A stretch of 60,562 bases of DNA. It comes from a virus. The stretch is taken from the IMG/VR virus record IMGVR_UViG_3300034096_001198, positions 1 to 60,562 of that record. The stretch is one strand, 5' to 3'. Of the stretch, positions 29,072-36,570 are shown one piece after another. A program made the translations under genes and the position numbers. How positions within the stretch are numbered: position 1 is the first letter of the stretch; each line of letters starts with the position of its first letter. The notes under the pieces were generated by a model. The model saw nothing but the letters and a program-made list of their open reading frames with translations, was not told where the DNA came from and did not search any database.

Positions 29072-29321
29072 CAGTCAAGAATCAAAATTTACCAATGTAG
29101 TTTGTTGGTAAATAGTTAACCAGTCTAAGCTCTTTACTGAGCTACGTTATTGGGAAGTGTTTAAGTTCATACCTTGGGATGCGTTGCCAGTTCCAAGCTC
29201 TATAACTAAGTGATTAAACAGATGTACAGCAATTAAGTCAGTGTCACTTAGATAGTACCGCCCAATAACATTGACGAGGCACACATTACCCGATTTATCG
29301 GAGGCTCGAAAGAGTTATTTT
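29072..29321 (+). ncRNA. omegaRNA-like structured RNA with a tracrRNA-like 5' anti-repeat
   Basis: Non-coding, immediately upstream of iscB. Anti-repeat 29072-29085. Stems 29087-29095/29105-29113, 29128-29132/29139-29143, 29146-29154/29261-29269, 29173-29179/29191-29197, 29206-29212/29245-29251, plus terminal CTC-GAAA-GAG hairpin 29305-29314. Confidence 0.8.
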
Positions 29322-29324
29322 TAA

Positions 29325-30623
29325 ATGTCTAAAGTCTTTGTGATGGATACCGAAAAGCGTCCATTAAATCCAATCTCACCCGCAAAAGCTAGGATTCTTT
29401 TAACTCAAAAGAAAGCCGCAGTTTTTCGGCATCAACCTTTTACAATCATCCTAAAATATGCTGTCAAATCTTCAACTGAAGACTTGAGGCTAAAGATAGA
29501 TCCTGGCTCTAAATTTACTGGCATTGCCTTGGTAAACGACGGCACGGGTGAAGTTGTTTGGGGTGCTGATATTCAACATCGTGGCATGGTGATCAAGAAT
29601 GCACTGGAATCCCGACGCAGTTTAAGAAGGGGTCGCCGAGGTAGAAAAACCAGATACCGCCAACCCCGTTTTCTTAATCGCACACGGGTTAAGGGTTGGT
29701 TAGCTCCGAGTCTAATGTCACGGGTTGAAAATGTGATCACTTGGGTTAATCGGTTAAGAAAGTTAGCTCCGATTTCTGCGATATCTCAAGAATTGGTACG
29801 GTTCGACACTCAAATTATGGAGAATCCAGAAGTTTCCGGTGTCGAGTATCAGCAAGGGGAGTTAGCGGGGTATGAAGTTCGGGAATACCTTTTGGAGAAG
29901 TTTGACCGTCAATGCGTTTACTGTGGCGCTGTTGATACCAGATTAGAGATTGAACACTTGATACCCAGATCCAAAGGGGGGAGTAATCGGGTTTCTAATT
30001 TGGCGATCGCTTGCCATAAATGCAATCAAAAAAAGGGTGCTAAGGACATTAAAGATTTCCTTTCTAAAAAGAAGGAATTGCTTAATAAAATCCTGAAACG
30101 GGTTAAAGCCCCTCTCAAAGATGCAGCCGCCGTTAACTCTACTCGGTGGTGCTTGTACAAACGATTGAAGGAGACTGGCTTACCTGTAGAAGTTGGGACG
30201 GGGGGACGGACTAAGTTTAACCGATGCCGTCAAAAATTCCCTAAAGCTCACTGGATTGACGCGGCTTGCGTTGGTGCTTCTACTCCCGAAAATCTGATTA
30301 TTAAGGATGTTAAACCTTTATTAATATCAGCTAAAGGGCATGGGGTAAGGCAACGGGTCACAACCGATAAGTATGGCTTTCCTAAATGCCATAAAGCAAG
30401 AATTAAGAGTTTTATAGGGTATAAAACAGGGGATTATGTTAAGGCTGTGATTCCATCTGGAAAGAATAAGGGAACCCATTATGGTCGAATTGCGATCCGG
30501 CAACGTCCGAGTTTTACATTGGATAAGATGGACGTTCACCCAAAATGCCTGAGCCTACTTCAGAAATCAGATGGTTATGCCTATTCAAGCCTCGAACCAT
30601 TGCTAGTAAGTAGTTCTAGTTAA
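29325..30623 (+). CDS. iscB: IscB RNA-guided endonuclease (RuvC/HNH)
   Basis: PLMP-like N-terminus KVFVMDTEKRPLNPISPAKARILL; RuvC-I KIDPGSKFTGIAL; Arg-rich bridge helix SRRSLRRGRRGRKTRYRQPRF; RuvC-II SQELVRFD; HNH CVYCG...EIEHLIPRSKGG...CHKCNQKKG; RuvC-III HWIDAACVG. Confidence 0.95.
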   Translation: MSKVFVMDTEKRPLNPISPAKARILLTQKKAAVFRHQPFTIILKYAVKSSTEDLRLKIDPGSKFTGIALVNDGTGEVVWGADIQHRGMVIKNALESRRSLRRGRRGRKTRYRQPRFLNRTRVKGWLAPSLMSRVENVITWVNRLRKLAPISAISQELVRFDTQIMENPEVSGVEYQQGELAGYEVREYLLEKFDRQCVYCGAVDTRLEIEHLIPRSKGGSNRVSNLAIACHKCNQKKGAKDIKDFLSKKKELLNKILKRVKAPLKDAAAVNSTRWCLYKRLKETGLPVEVGTGGRTKFNRCRQKFPKAHWIDAACVGASTPENLIIKDVKPLLISAKGHGVRQRVTTDKYGFPKCHKARIKSFIGYKTGDYVKAVIPSGKNKGTHYGRIAIRQRPSFTLDKMDVHPKCLSLLQKSDGYAYSSLEPLLVSSSS

Positions 30624-30638
30624 TTTATTATCAAATCA

Positions 30639-31671
30639 GTTAATGATTGTATTGGTTCTTGACTGACTTGATACACCGAGATCATTTCATCCTATTACTC
30701 GGATTTTGGTTAATGATTGTATTGGTTCTTGACTGACTTGATACATTGCCAGGTAGTATCTGTTATTCTGGTTAATAGGTGAGGTTAATGATTGTATTGG
30801 TTCTTGACTGACTTGATACGGCGAAATTATGGAACTGGACAAAGCCGAACAACGGTTAATGATTGTATTGGTTCTTGACTGACTTGATACAATATTGATA
30901 TTTCACCCGTTACTGCTGAAGTTATAGTTAATGATTGTATTGGTTCTTGACTGACTTGATACTAGACGCTTCTGATGGATTGAACGCTGCACTACCAGTT
31001 AATGATTGTATTGGTTCTTGACTGACTTGATACTTGTGTCAGGTAGTCTTATCAGATAACGTGCCTAGAGTTAATGATTGTATTGGTTCTTGACTGACTT
31101 GATACGGTCAACAGGGGTAAATTTGAATTGGGGATATTGAGTTAATGATTGTATTGGTTCTTGACTGACTTGATACAAACTTCCCCAATCTTGATAATCT
31201 TTCCAGTCAAGTTAATGATTGTATTGGTTCTTGACTGACTTGATACCTTCATCTATTAATTTCTGCCGTTCTTCTACCCAGAGTTAATGATTGTATTGGT
31301 TCTTGACTGACTTGATACAATGGAAAATACAAGCTATTAGAATCCGAGCCTAAAAGTTAATGATTGTATTGGTTCTTGACTGACTTGATACAAACTGAAA
31401 TTGAGAAGGTTAGGGGGGAAGTTTTGGAGGTTAATGATTGTATTGGTTCTTGACTGACTTGATACGACAATCCCCCCAATTTTTCTGCTAATTCGTGGGC
31501 TGTGTTAATGATTGTATTGGTTCTTGACTGACTTGATACCTCGCAGCAAACGAATTACCCCAAAGTTCGGACTATACAAGTTAATGATTGTATTGGTTCT
31601 TGACTGACTTGATACTATTCGATATTGGATCAACAGTTAACAATTGTCTTGCTTCTTGACTAATTTGATAC
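30639..31671 (+). CRISPR. CRISPR array: 15 repeats of 36 bp (GTTAATGATTGTATTGGTTCTTGACTGACTTGATAC), 14 spacers
   Basis: 14 identical repeats plus one degenerate distal repeat (31636-31671, 6 mismatches). Spacers are 34-40 nt except the terminal 20-nt spacer. The array begins 15 bp after the iscB stop. Confidence 0.98.
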
Positions 31672-31685
31672 TCAAGATGGGATGA

Positions 31686-31841
31686 TCACCCATTATTGTT
31701 GATCCAATATCTGACCAATTCCGAGAGGGATAGATTTCTTGAGGATGCGATCGCCTCTAGCCTTTCCCTCTCGACTTCTGAAAGCATTACCAGAATAGCC
31801 TTTTGGCGTTTCTCGGCTTTTTTCCATTTACCCCTTGACAT
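31686..31841 (-). CDS. Arc/CopG-type ribbon-helix-helix protein
   Basis: Start moved to internal Met: MSRGKWKKAEKRQKAILVMLSEVERERLEAIASSRNLSLSELVRYWINNNG. Confidence 0.7.
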   Translation of the reverse strand: MSRGKWKKAEKRQKAILVMLSEVERERLEAIASSRNLSLSELVRYWINNNG

Positions 31842-31863
31842 ATTTTTAAATTTTATATATGAT
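31835..31863 (+). promoter_or_regulatory. Sigma70-like promoter TTGACA-17-TATGAT
   Basis: -35 31835-31840, -10 31858-31863, upstream of the ATG at 31909. Confidence 0.7.
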
Positions 31864-31908
31864 TTAAGAATAACAAATTTACAGGGTCGCCGCCAAATCG
31901 GGCTGAAT

Positions 31909-32520
31909 ATGAAAAACTCCACAATCTCCACCGCTAAAGAAATTTCCAAAAGAATCAATCAATTAAATAATTTGATTGCAAAATTCCCCCGCGTCCGAAG
32001 CCTAATTCGGAAGTGGGCTTTTGAATTGACTATTCTTGAGGGGCGGTTAGAAGCCCTGAAAGCGGTGGCGGTTGTGGAGACTCCAAAGCAGTTAACTATT
32101 TGGGATATGCCACAAAAAATTGACTGGTTTTTTCCTCCCCTTGTGGGGTCGGAAAAGCAAATTCAGTGGGCGGATAAACTCCGCCGTGATTTTGCTGAAT
32201 ATTATTCTTCTCTGGGTGGCGAACCTGGAGGTGGCGAAATCAAAATCAAGAAAGCGGTAGGCATTGCAGTTTCAGCCAAGTTCTGGATCGAAAACCGCGA
32301 TTTTTGCGAAAAAATATCTTGGGAAAATATGACCAAGGTTTTGAGGGAATTGGCTGCCTTGGTTAACGAATGCCAACCTTGGTATAGCGATTCCGATCAG
32401 TCGGAATTTAAACAAATTCTGAAAGATAAAAAATCAATCCTCAGATTATTGAGGATTGACAAAGCAGGGATCGTCGCCTGTTGCAATCAACAGAGTCAAA
32501 ACAGACGCTTCAATGGATAA
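31909..32520 (+). CDS. Hypothetical protein adjacent to the array
   Basis: Start moved to ATG 31909 downstream of a consensus promoter; 203 aa. Confidence 0.6.
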   Translation: MKNSTISTAKEISKRINQLNNLIAKFPRVRSLIRKWAFELTILEGRLEALKAVAVVETPKQLTIWDMPQKIDWFFPPLVGSEKQIQWADKLRRDFAEYYSSLGGEPGGGEIKIKKAVGIAVSAKFWIENRDFCEKISWENMTKVLRELAALVNECQPWYSDSDQSEFKQILKDKKSILRLLRIDKAGIVACCNQQSQNRRFNG

Positions 32521-32582
32521 TTTATGGGCTGGGTGCGATGCCTTAAATCCGCGCAAAAGTTAACGATATAAAGGTAGGAAAA

Positions 32583-32873
32583 ATGAATAAAAAATTGGTT
32601 GATTTGATTAAAATTATGCCTAATCCTAAAGCTACTTGGTTAGCTCTGGAAATGGGATTGCTAAATGATTCGGATGATAAATTTATTTTAGGGGGCGCGA
32701 TATTAGAAACCGTCCCCGAAAACAAGCGAGGCAATCCAAAAATTATTTCTGCGATATATGAAATCGCAGAGATAGCCTTAGAGCGTTATCAAAGCATTTA
32801 CAAAGGATTGCCCTCAGAATGGAATAATCATCGCTTACAAGTCAGAAAGTCAGTGTTTGGATGGTTATTATGA
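32583..32873 (+). CDS. Hypothetical protein
   Basis: 96-aa ORF with upstream AGG-rich RBS. Confidence 0.5.
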   Translation: MNKKLVDLIKIMPNPKATWLALEMGLLNDSDDKFILGGAILETVPENKRGNPKIISAIYEIAEIALERYQSIYKGLPSEWNNHRLQVRKSVFGWLL

Positions 32874-33154
32874 CTCAAAAACTTTTACACGCCCGTTACT
32901 GGAAGGCGGACGGTACCGGAGAAAACCGAACATCCTACGACCCCCACGGATTCGGGTTAAAAACCCTAGAAACTATGGATGCCCTGATCAATAGCTTAGG
33001 CTTAAAACAAGTTGAGGGAGTGTCTTTGAATGGGGTTCTCGTCAATCATCACAAAGGCAAGCTCGCAGATATTGGGCATCAGGTTCACATCGCGGCAACC
33101 GCCGAACAGTGGGAAGCTGCGAAACAATATTGGGAATCAGGGGCTTTTGATTAA
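32861..33154 (+). CDS. Hypothetical protein
   Basis: 97-aa ORF overlapping its neighbour. Confidence 0.5.
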   Translation: MVIMTQKLLHARYWKADGTGENRTSYDPHGFGLKTLETMDALINSLGLKQVEGVSLNGVLVNHHKGKLADIGHQVHIAATAEQWEAAKQYWESGAFD

Positions 33155-33181
33155 GAAGTTAAAACCATTGGGACAAAAAAC

Positions 33182-33496
33182 ATGAACGCACTAACATTGA
33201 AAGACTTGGTATCTCAAACCGATAATTTTGAACCCGAAGCTATTGAATTGGTATTAAATCGCGTTGATGAATTTGACGCTTTGGGTTTTGGTATTGACGT
33301 TGTTGATTGGGAAGTCATAGGTACTGGCAACAGTAAACAGGTCGGAGTCTTATTTGATATGAAAAATGACCGCTATGGCTACTACACCGATAATGGTCAA
33401 ACCGTCTTGGTTAAGCTAGATAAAACCTATACAGAATTATCTGATTGGGGGAACTGTTGGGATGATTGCCCTGAAGTCTTGAAAAATTGGGATTAA
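33182..33496 (+). CDS. Hypothetical protein
   Basis: 104-aa ORF, acidic. Confidence 0.5.
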   Translation: MNALTLKDLVSQTDNFEPEAIELVLNRVDEFDALGFGIDVVDWEVIGTGNSKQVGVLFDMKNDRYGYYTDNGQTVLVKLDKTYTELSDWGNCWDDCPEVLKNWD

Positions 33497-33589
33497 TTGA
33501 TCAACAATTGGGATCTCAACTACCCAAACACCCAAAAACCCCGCGATAAAAGGGTTTGACTACATTGAATATACCTTGGGGTGGTAGGG

Positions 33590-33617
33590 GTCGCAGGTTC
33601 AAATCCTGTCGCTCCGA
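33590..33617 (+). other. tRNA 3'-end fragment, candidate att core
   Basis: GTCGCAGGTTCAAATCCTGTCGCTCCGA has a T-arm and 3' acceptor strand; no matching 5' acceptor/D/anticodon arms upstream; next to the integrase. Confidence 0.65.
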
Positions 33618-33624
33618 TAGACGC

Positions 33625-33656
33625 AAAAGCCAGATTCTATAAAGGGTCTGGCTTTT
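33625..33656. terminator. Terminator-like hairpin after the tRNA fragment
   Basis: AAAAGCCAGA...TCTGGCTTTT. Confidence 0.65.
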
Positions 33657-33738
33657 TCCCGTCTGATGGTTGATAATCTTCTATTAGACAAGATTAGACA
33701 AAATTAGACAAGATTAGCCTGATTATTGATCATCAATT

Positions 33739-34875
33739 GTGACTCAGAAGAAAGCACCCAAGGGAAGCGTACAGGTCAAAACTACCATCAGTTCGGCGGG
33801 GGTGGGGTGGCTCCGGCTGGTTTGGAGTCACCAGGGCAAAAGATATTTTTTGAGCTTAGGATTGGAGGATAACCCCCTAAATCAGATGGTGGCTCAAAGA
33901 CTCGCGCTACAGATTCAGGGTGACTGCGCCACGGGAAACTTCGATAGCTCCTTGATTAAATACAAACCGCAATCAGAAATAGAATTGAAACCCGTCACGG
34001 TTTCAGTTGTCGGGCTAATTGAGCGGTATTTAATTTTCAAACAGCAACAAATTGAATCAGAAACGCTATACAAATACAATCATTTCTTGCCTAGAATCCG
34101 AGAATATTTTGGTAACAATAGTTTAACTGAAAAATCCGCTTTTGGCTTTCGTGATTGGCTGCTACAACACAACGAACCCGCCACAGTTAGGGAAAGAATT
34201 GTATTCTTAAATGCTGTTTACGAGTGGGGGATTAAGCGTCAATTAGTTGAGAATAATCCCTGGACTGAAGTATCGGTCAAGGTTCCGCCAAAACGACGGT
34301 TGAAGCCATTTTCAATTGAGGAAATAAAACGGATTTTAGAAGGGTTTGCAACGGATCAATATTATTCCCATTACCTCCCCTACGTTGAGTTTTTACTGGG
34401 TACAGGTTGCCGCCCGGGTGAAGCAAACGGGCTCCAGTGGAAACATTTCTCAGAAGATTGTGGAGAGGTTCTAATAGCCTGTAAATTAACGGTATCCGGT
34501 GAGCGGAAATCGACTAAAACTAATCGTGATCGCTTAATCCCCCTACCCTCACGCCTTCAAAATATTCTCAAAGCAATCCGTCCGATTGACCCCGACCCGG
34601 AGGCTCCGGTTTTTGTCTCCTTGACTGGATTGCCAATTGATTCCCACAACTTCAGGAATCGGGCTTGGAAACAGGTTTTAGCTAAGGTTGGCGTGGAATA
34701 TCGCAAGCCCGGAAACTGCCGCCATACTCTAATTTCTCACGGGTTATCACAAGGGAAAAGCCCTGCTGAAATGGCAGAACTCGCAGGGAATAGAATTGAG
34801 ACTATTTACAATAATTATGCTGGGAGCGTGATCCACCGACCATCTTTACCAGTATTGCTCCCAGATGACGAATAA
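33739..34875 (+). CDS. Tyrosine site-specific recombinase (phage integrase)
   Basis: LGTGCRPGEANGLQW; CRHTLISHGLSQGKS; Y in NNYAG. Confidence 0.9.
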   Translation: MTQKKAPKGSVQVKTTISSAGVGWLRLVWSHQGKRYFLSLGLEDNPLNQMVAQRLALQIQGDCATGNFDSSLIKYKPQSEIELKPVTVSVVGLIERYLIFKQQQIESETLYKYNHFLPRIREYFGNNSLTEKSAFGFRDWLLQHNEPATVRERIVFLNAVYEWGIKRQLVENNPWTEVSVKVPPKRRLKPFSIEEIKRILEGFATDQYYSHYLPYVEFLLGTGCRPGEANGLQWKHFSEDCGEVLIACKLTVSGERKSTKTNRDRLIPLPSRLQNILKAIRPIDPDPEAPVFVSLTGLPIDSHNFRNRAWKQVLAKVGVEYRKPGNCRHTLISHGLSQGKSPAEMAELAGNRIETIYNNYAGSVIHRPSLPVLLPDDE

Positions 34876-34926
34876 ATTCCATAATCTGTTATAAACTGGG
34901 GAATAGTTATATAGGATATTTTTTTT

Positions 34927-35124
34927 ATGAGACCCCACGAAAACAGACAAGAGATTAAGGCTAGACTCAAGCCAGAAGATAGGGAGAAGTTGAAAGCCCT
35001 AGTTGTTGGCATGGGTTATCGGTATTGGAGGCAGGAGTCGGCGGAACCCGCATGGACAGAATTTCTGGAGGCGATCACCCGTGGCGATATAATTCTTTAC
35101 AAAAAAGTCGGGGGAGGGGGTTGA
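34927..35124 (+). CDS. Small hypothetical protein
   Basis: 65-aa ORF. Confidence 0.45.
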   Translation: MRPHENRQEIKARLKPEDREKLKALVVGMGYRYWRQESAEPAWTEFLEAITRGDIILYKKVGGGG

Positions 35125-35239
35125 CCTTTTGGGATAAGTGGGGTACAGTTATAAGTGCAGAAGGTTAAAAGTTAAGCAAGTAAGGTGGCTGCCCTACTTG
35201 CTCTCAAGTCAATCATTTTAGGTCAATTAGGAGTATACC

Positions 35240-35581
35240 ATGAAAGTTAAAGTCTATTTCAATCTCCATAAGAGATGTTTTTCGGTAGTCGCCCTTGAAG
35301 GTGAAAATAAGGGGCGGGTAATAGCCCACGAAACAGAAGTTAAATTAATAAATGCTACATTCAAAGTTTCTGAAGCCGGACGGCAACGGGTGATCCGAGA
35401 GCAGCGTAAAAACGTCCACGCTTGCGTTGTAGGAACATTGACTGACACAGTGAAAAACTGTGATCAAGCTGTTACTTACAACCCCTACAAATACAACTCA
35501 TTTGTGTTTAAAAAGGATGAATCCCCTGTGTTGACGGCTCAAAACGTTTTGCTAATCAACAAGCAAATTTTTATCAACTAA
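35240..35581 (+). CDS. Phage hypothetical protein
   Basis: 113-aa ORF. Confidence 0.6.
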   Translation: MKVKVYFNLHKRCFSVVALEGENKGRVIAHETEVKLINATFKVSEAGRQRVIREQRKNVHACVVGTLTDTVKNCDQAVTYNPYKYNSFVFKKDESPVLTAQNVLLINKQIFIN

Positions 35582-35594
35582 ACAGGAGGATATT

Positions 35595-35753
35595 ATGATT
35601 TATCGCATTACACGGGTCAAAACTGCGCCCAACAAGGCAAACAGACAAGGGTATTACCTCGAAGCCCTAAATGAACTAGAGGCTTTGACAAGGTTTTATA
35701 CCCAATTCCCTGATTTTGTAGGGGAAGAATTAGAGTTAGAGGAATGGAATTAA
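35595..35753 (+). CDS. Small ORF (52 aa), hypothetical
   Basis: ATG with AGGAGGA RBS: MIYRITRVKTAPNKANRQGYYLEALNELEALTRFY...; not in the supplied track. Confidence 0.55.
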   Translation: MIYRITRVKTAPNKANRQGYYLEALNELEALTRFYTQFPDFVGEELELEEWN

Positions 35754-35778
35754 AAGACCTCTAATTCAACTTAAAACT

Positions 35779-35806
35779 AACCAGGGAATATAAACCCCTG
35801 GTTTTT
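35779..35806. terminator. Rho-independent terminator-like hairpin
   Basis: AACCAGGG...CCCTGGTTTTTT. Confidence 0.7.
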
Positions 35807-35812
35807 TGCTGT

Positions 35813-36409
35813 TTATCTAATCACAGGGACAGGAATAATCCCCATCAGAATGCCAGATATTTCCTGAGTTATTCGGGTAGTTGTTTGCGTTGCGTTAATC
35901 ACAATCCAGTTATTCTCCCTCGCCAATTCAAGATATCCAAACCGAACCCGATCTAAAAAAAGTAAGTCTCTTTCAACCTTGTCCAGAGGTTTGTCGAGAT
36001 CGCGGCGCACCGCCACCTCAACAGGACAATCGAACAAAATCACCATATCGGGATCAATTCCCCCCGTCGCCTCGTGATTTAGCTTCCTTAAATTATCTAA
36101 ATTAAGCCCGTGCCCATACCCCTGATAAGCAAGAGTTGAATCCGTGTATCGATCGCACAATACCAAATCAGAATCTTCTAACAAATATCTAATCGTGGGA
36201 TTGTGTTTAATCCTATCCTTCAGGATTAATTTAAGCTGCTGCTCCGGTGTCAAAAGCCCATTCTTTAATTCAAACCGAACGTCATAATCACAGGGTTCTC
36301 TTGTGATGTAAAACTTTAACTTTAACGCCGTGAAATGGTCGCAAAGTTTTCTAATTTGGGTTGTTTTGCCACTGCGGTCAATGCCTTCAAAAGCAATCAA
36401 TTTACTCAT
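35813..36409 (-). CDS. tmk: Thymidylate kinase
   Basis: LIAFEGIDRSGKTTQIRKL P-loop; YREPCDY; LVLCDRYTDSTLAYQGYG; start moved to ATG ending at 36409. Confidence 0.9.
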   Translation of the reverse strand: MSKLIAFEGIDRSGKTTQIRKLCDHFTALKLKFYITREPCDYDVRFELKNGLLTPEQQLKLILKDRIKHNPTIRYLLEDSDLVLCDRYTDSTLAYQGYGHGLNLDNLRKLNHEATGGIDPDMVILFDCPVEVAVRRDLDKPLDKVERDLLFLDRVRFGYLELARENNWIVINATQTTTRITQEISGILMGIIPVPVIR

Positions 36410-36570
36410 TTCATCCTCATCCAATTTTTAATCAAATCATCTTTAATCATATCTTGCCGTACTAATTGAATTATATATTCTCTAGCTTCCTCCAGTGTCA
36501 ATATATCCACATTACGTTTAATTATCGCAAGTTTAAATTCTTGCTCCATTGTTAGCTGTGTTGGTTCCAT
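36406..36570 (-). CDS. nblA: NblA-like phycobilisome degradation protein (54 aa)
   Basis: MEPTQLTMEQEFKLAIIKRNVDILTLEEAREYIIQLVRQDMIKDDLIKNWMRMK; matches the remembered NblA pattern (LT.EQ.FK...........EAQE....L.RQ.M....); stop overlaps the tmk start (ATGA). Confidence 0.75.
   Translation of the reverse strand: MEPTQLTMEQEFKLAIIKRNVDILTLEEAREYIIQLVRQDMIKDDLIKNWMRMK

Noticed and set aside
29071-29086. Reading 29071-29086 as an ordinary omegaRNA guide rather than an anti-repeat
   Set aside because: Its near-perfect complement is the repeat of the adjacent array. As a guide it would direct the nuclease to 14 copies in its own locus, and the predicted TSS leaves it as the extreme 5' end. Kept as an alternative to test, not preferred.
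30327-30539. Minus-strand ORF inside iscB
   Set aside because: Antisense frame fully inside a strongly supported gene.
29024-30623. IscB as a typical IS200/IS605-family transposon insertion
   Set aside because: No TnpA (Y1 transposase) nearby, and an array rather than a transposon right end follows iscB. I could not define LE/RE ends; the upstream IR overlaps the promoter instead.
30675-30708. Hairpin potential within spacer 1 (CCGAG...CTCGG)
   Set aside because: 5-bp inverted repeat in one spacer, not shared by the others; likely chance.
30639-31635. Protospacers for the array elsewhere in this window
   Set aside because: By eye I found no match other than the 15-nt terminal-spacer match at 31697-31711; an exhaustive alignment was not possible.
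30639-31671. Type I, II or V CRISPR-Cas system encoded in the window
   Set aside because: No ORF with Cas1, Cas2, Cas6, Cas9, Cas12 or Cascade features; the only RuvC/HNH nuclease is IscB-size. A host Cas system acting in trans cannot be excluded from this window.
31696-31908. N-terminal extension of the 31696-32520 ORF
   Set aside because: It runs antisense through the RHH gene and its promoter; the ATG at 31909 downstream of TTGACA-17-TATGAT is a better start.
33590-33617. Complete functional tRNA gene
   Set aside because: The T-arm and 3' acceptor strand are present, but no CGGAGCG 5' acceptor strand or D/anticodon arms precede it.
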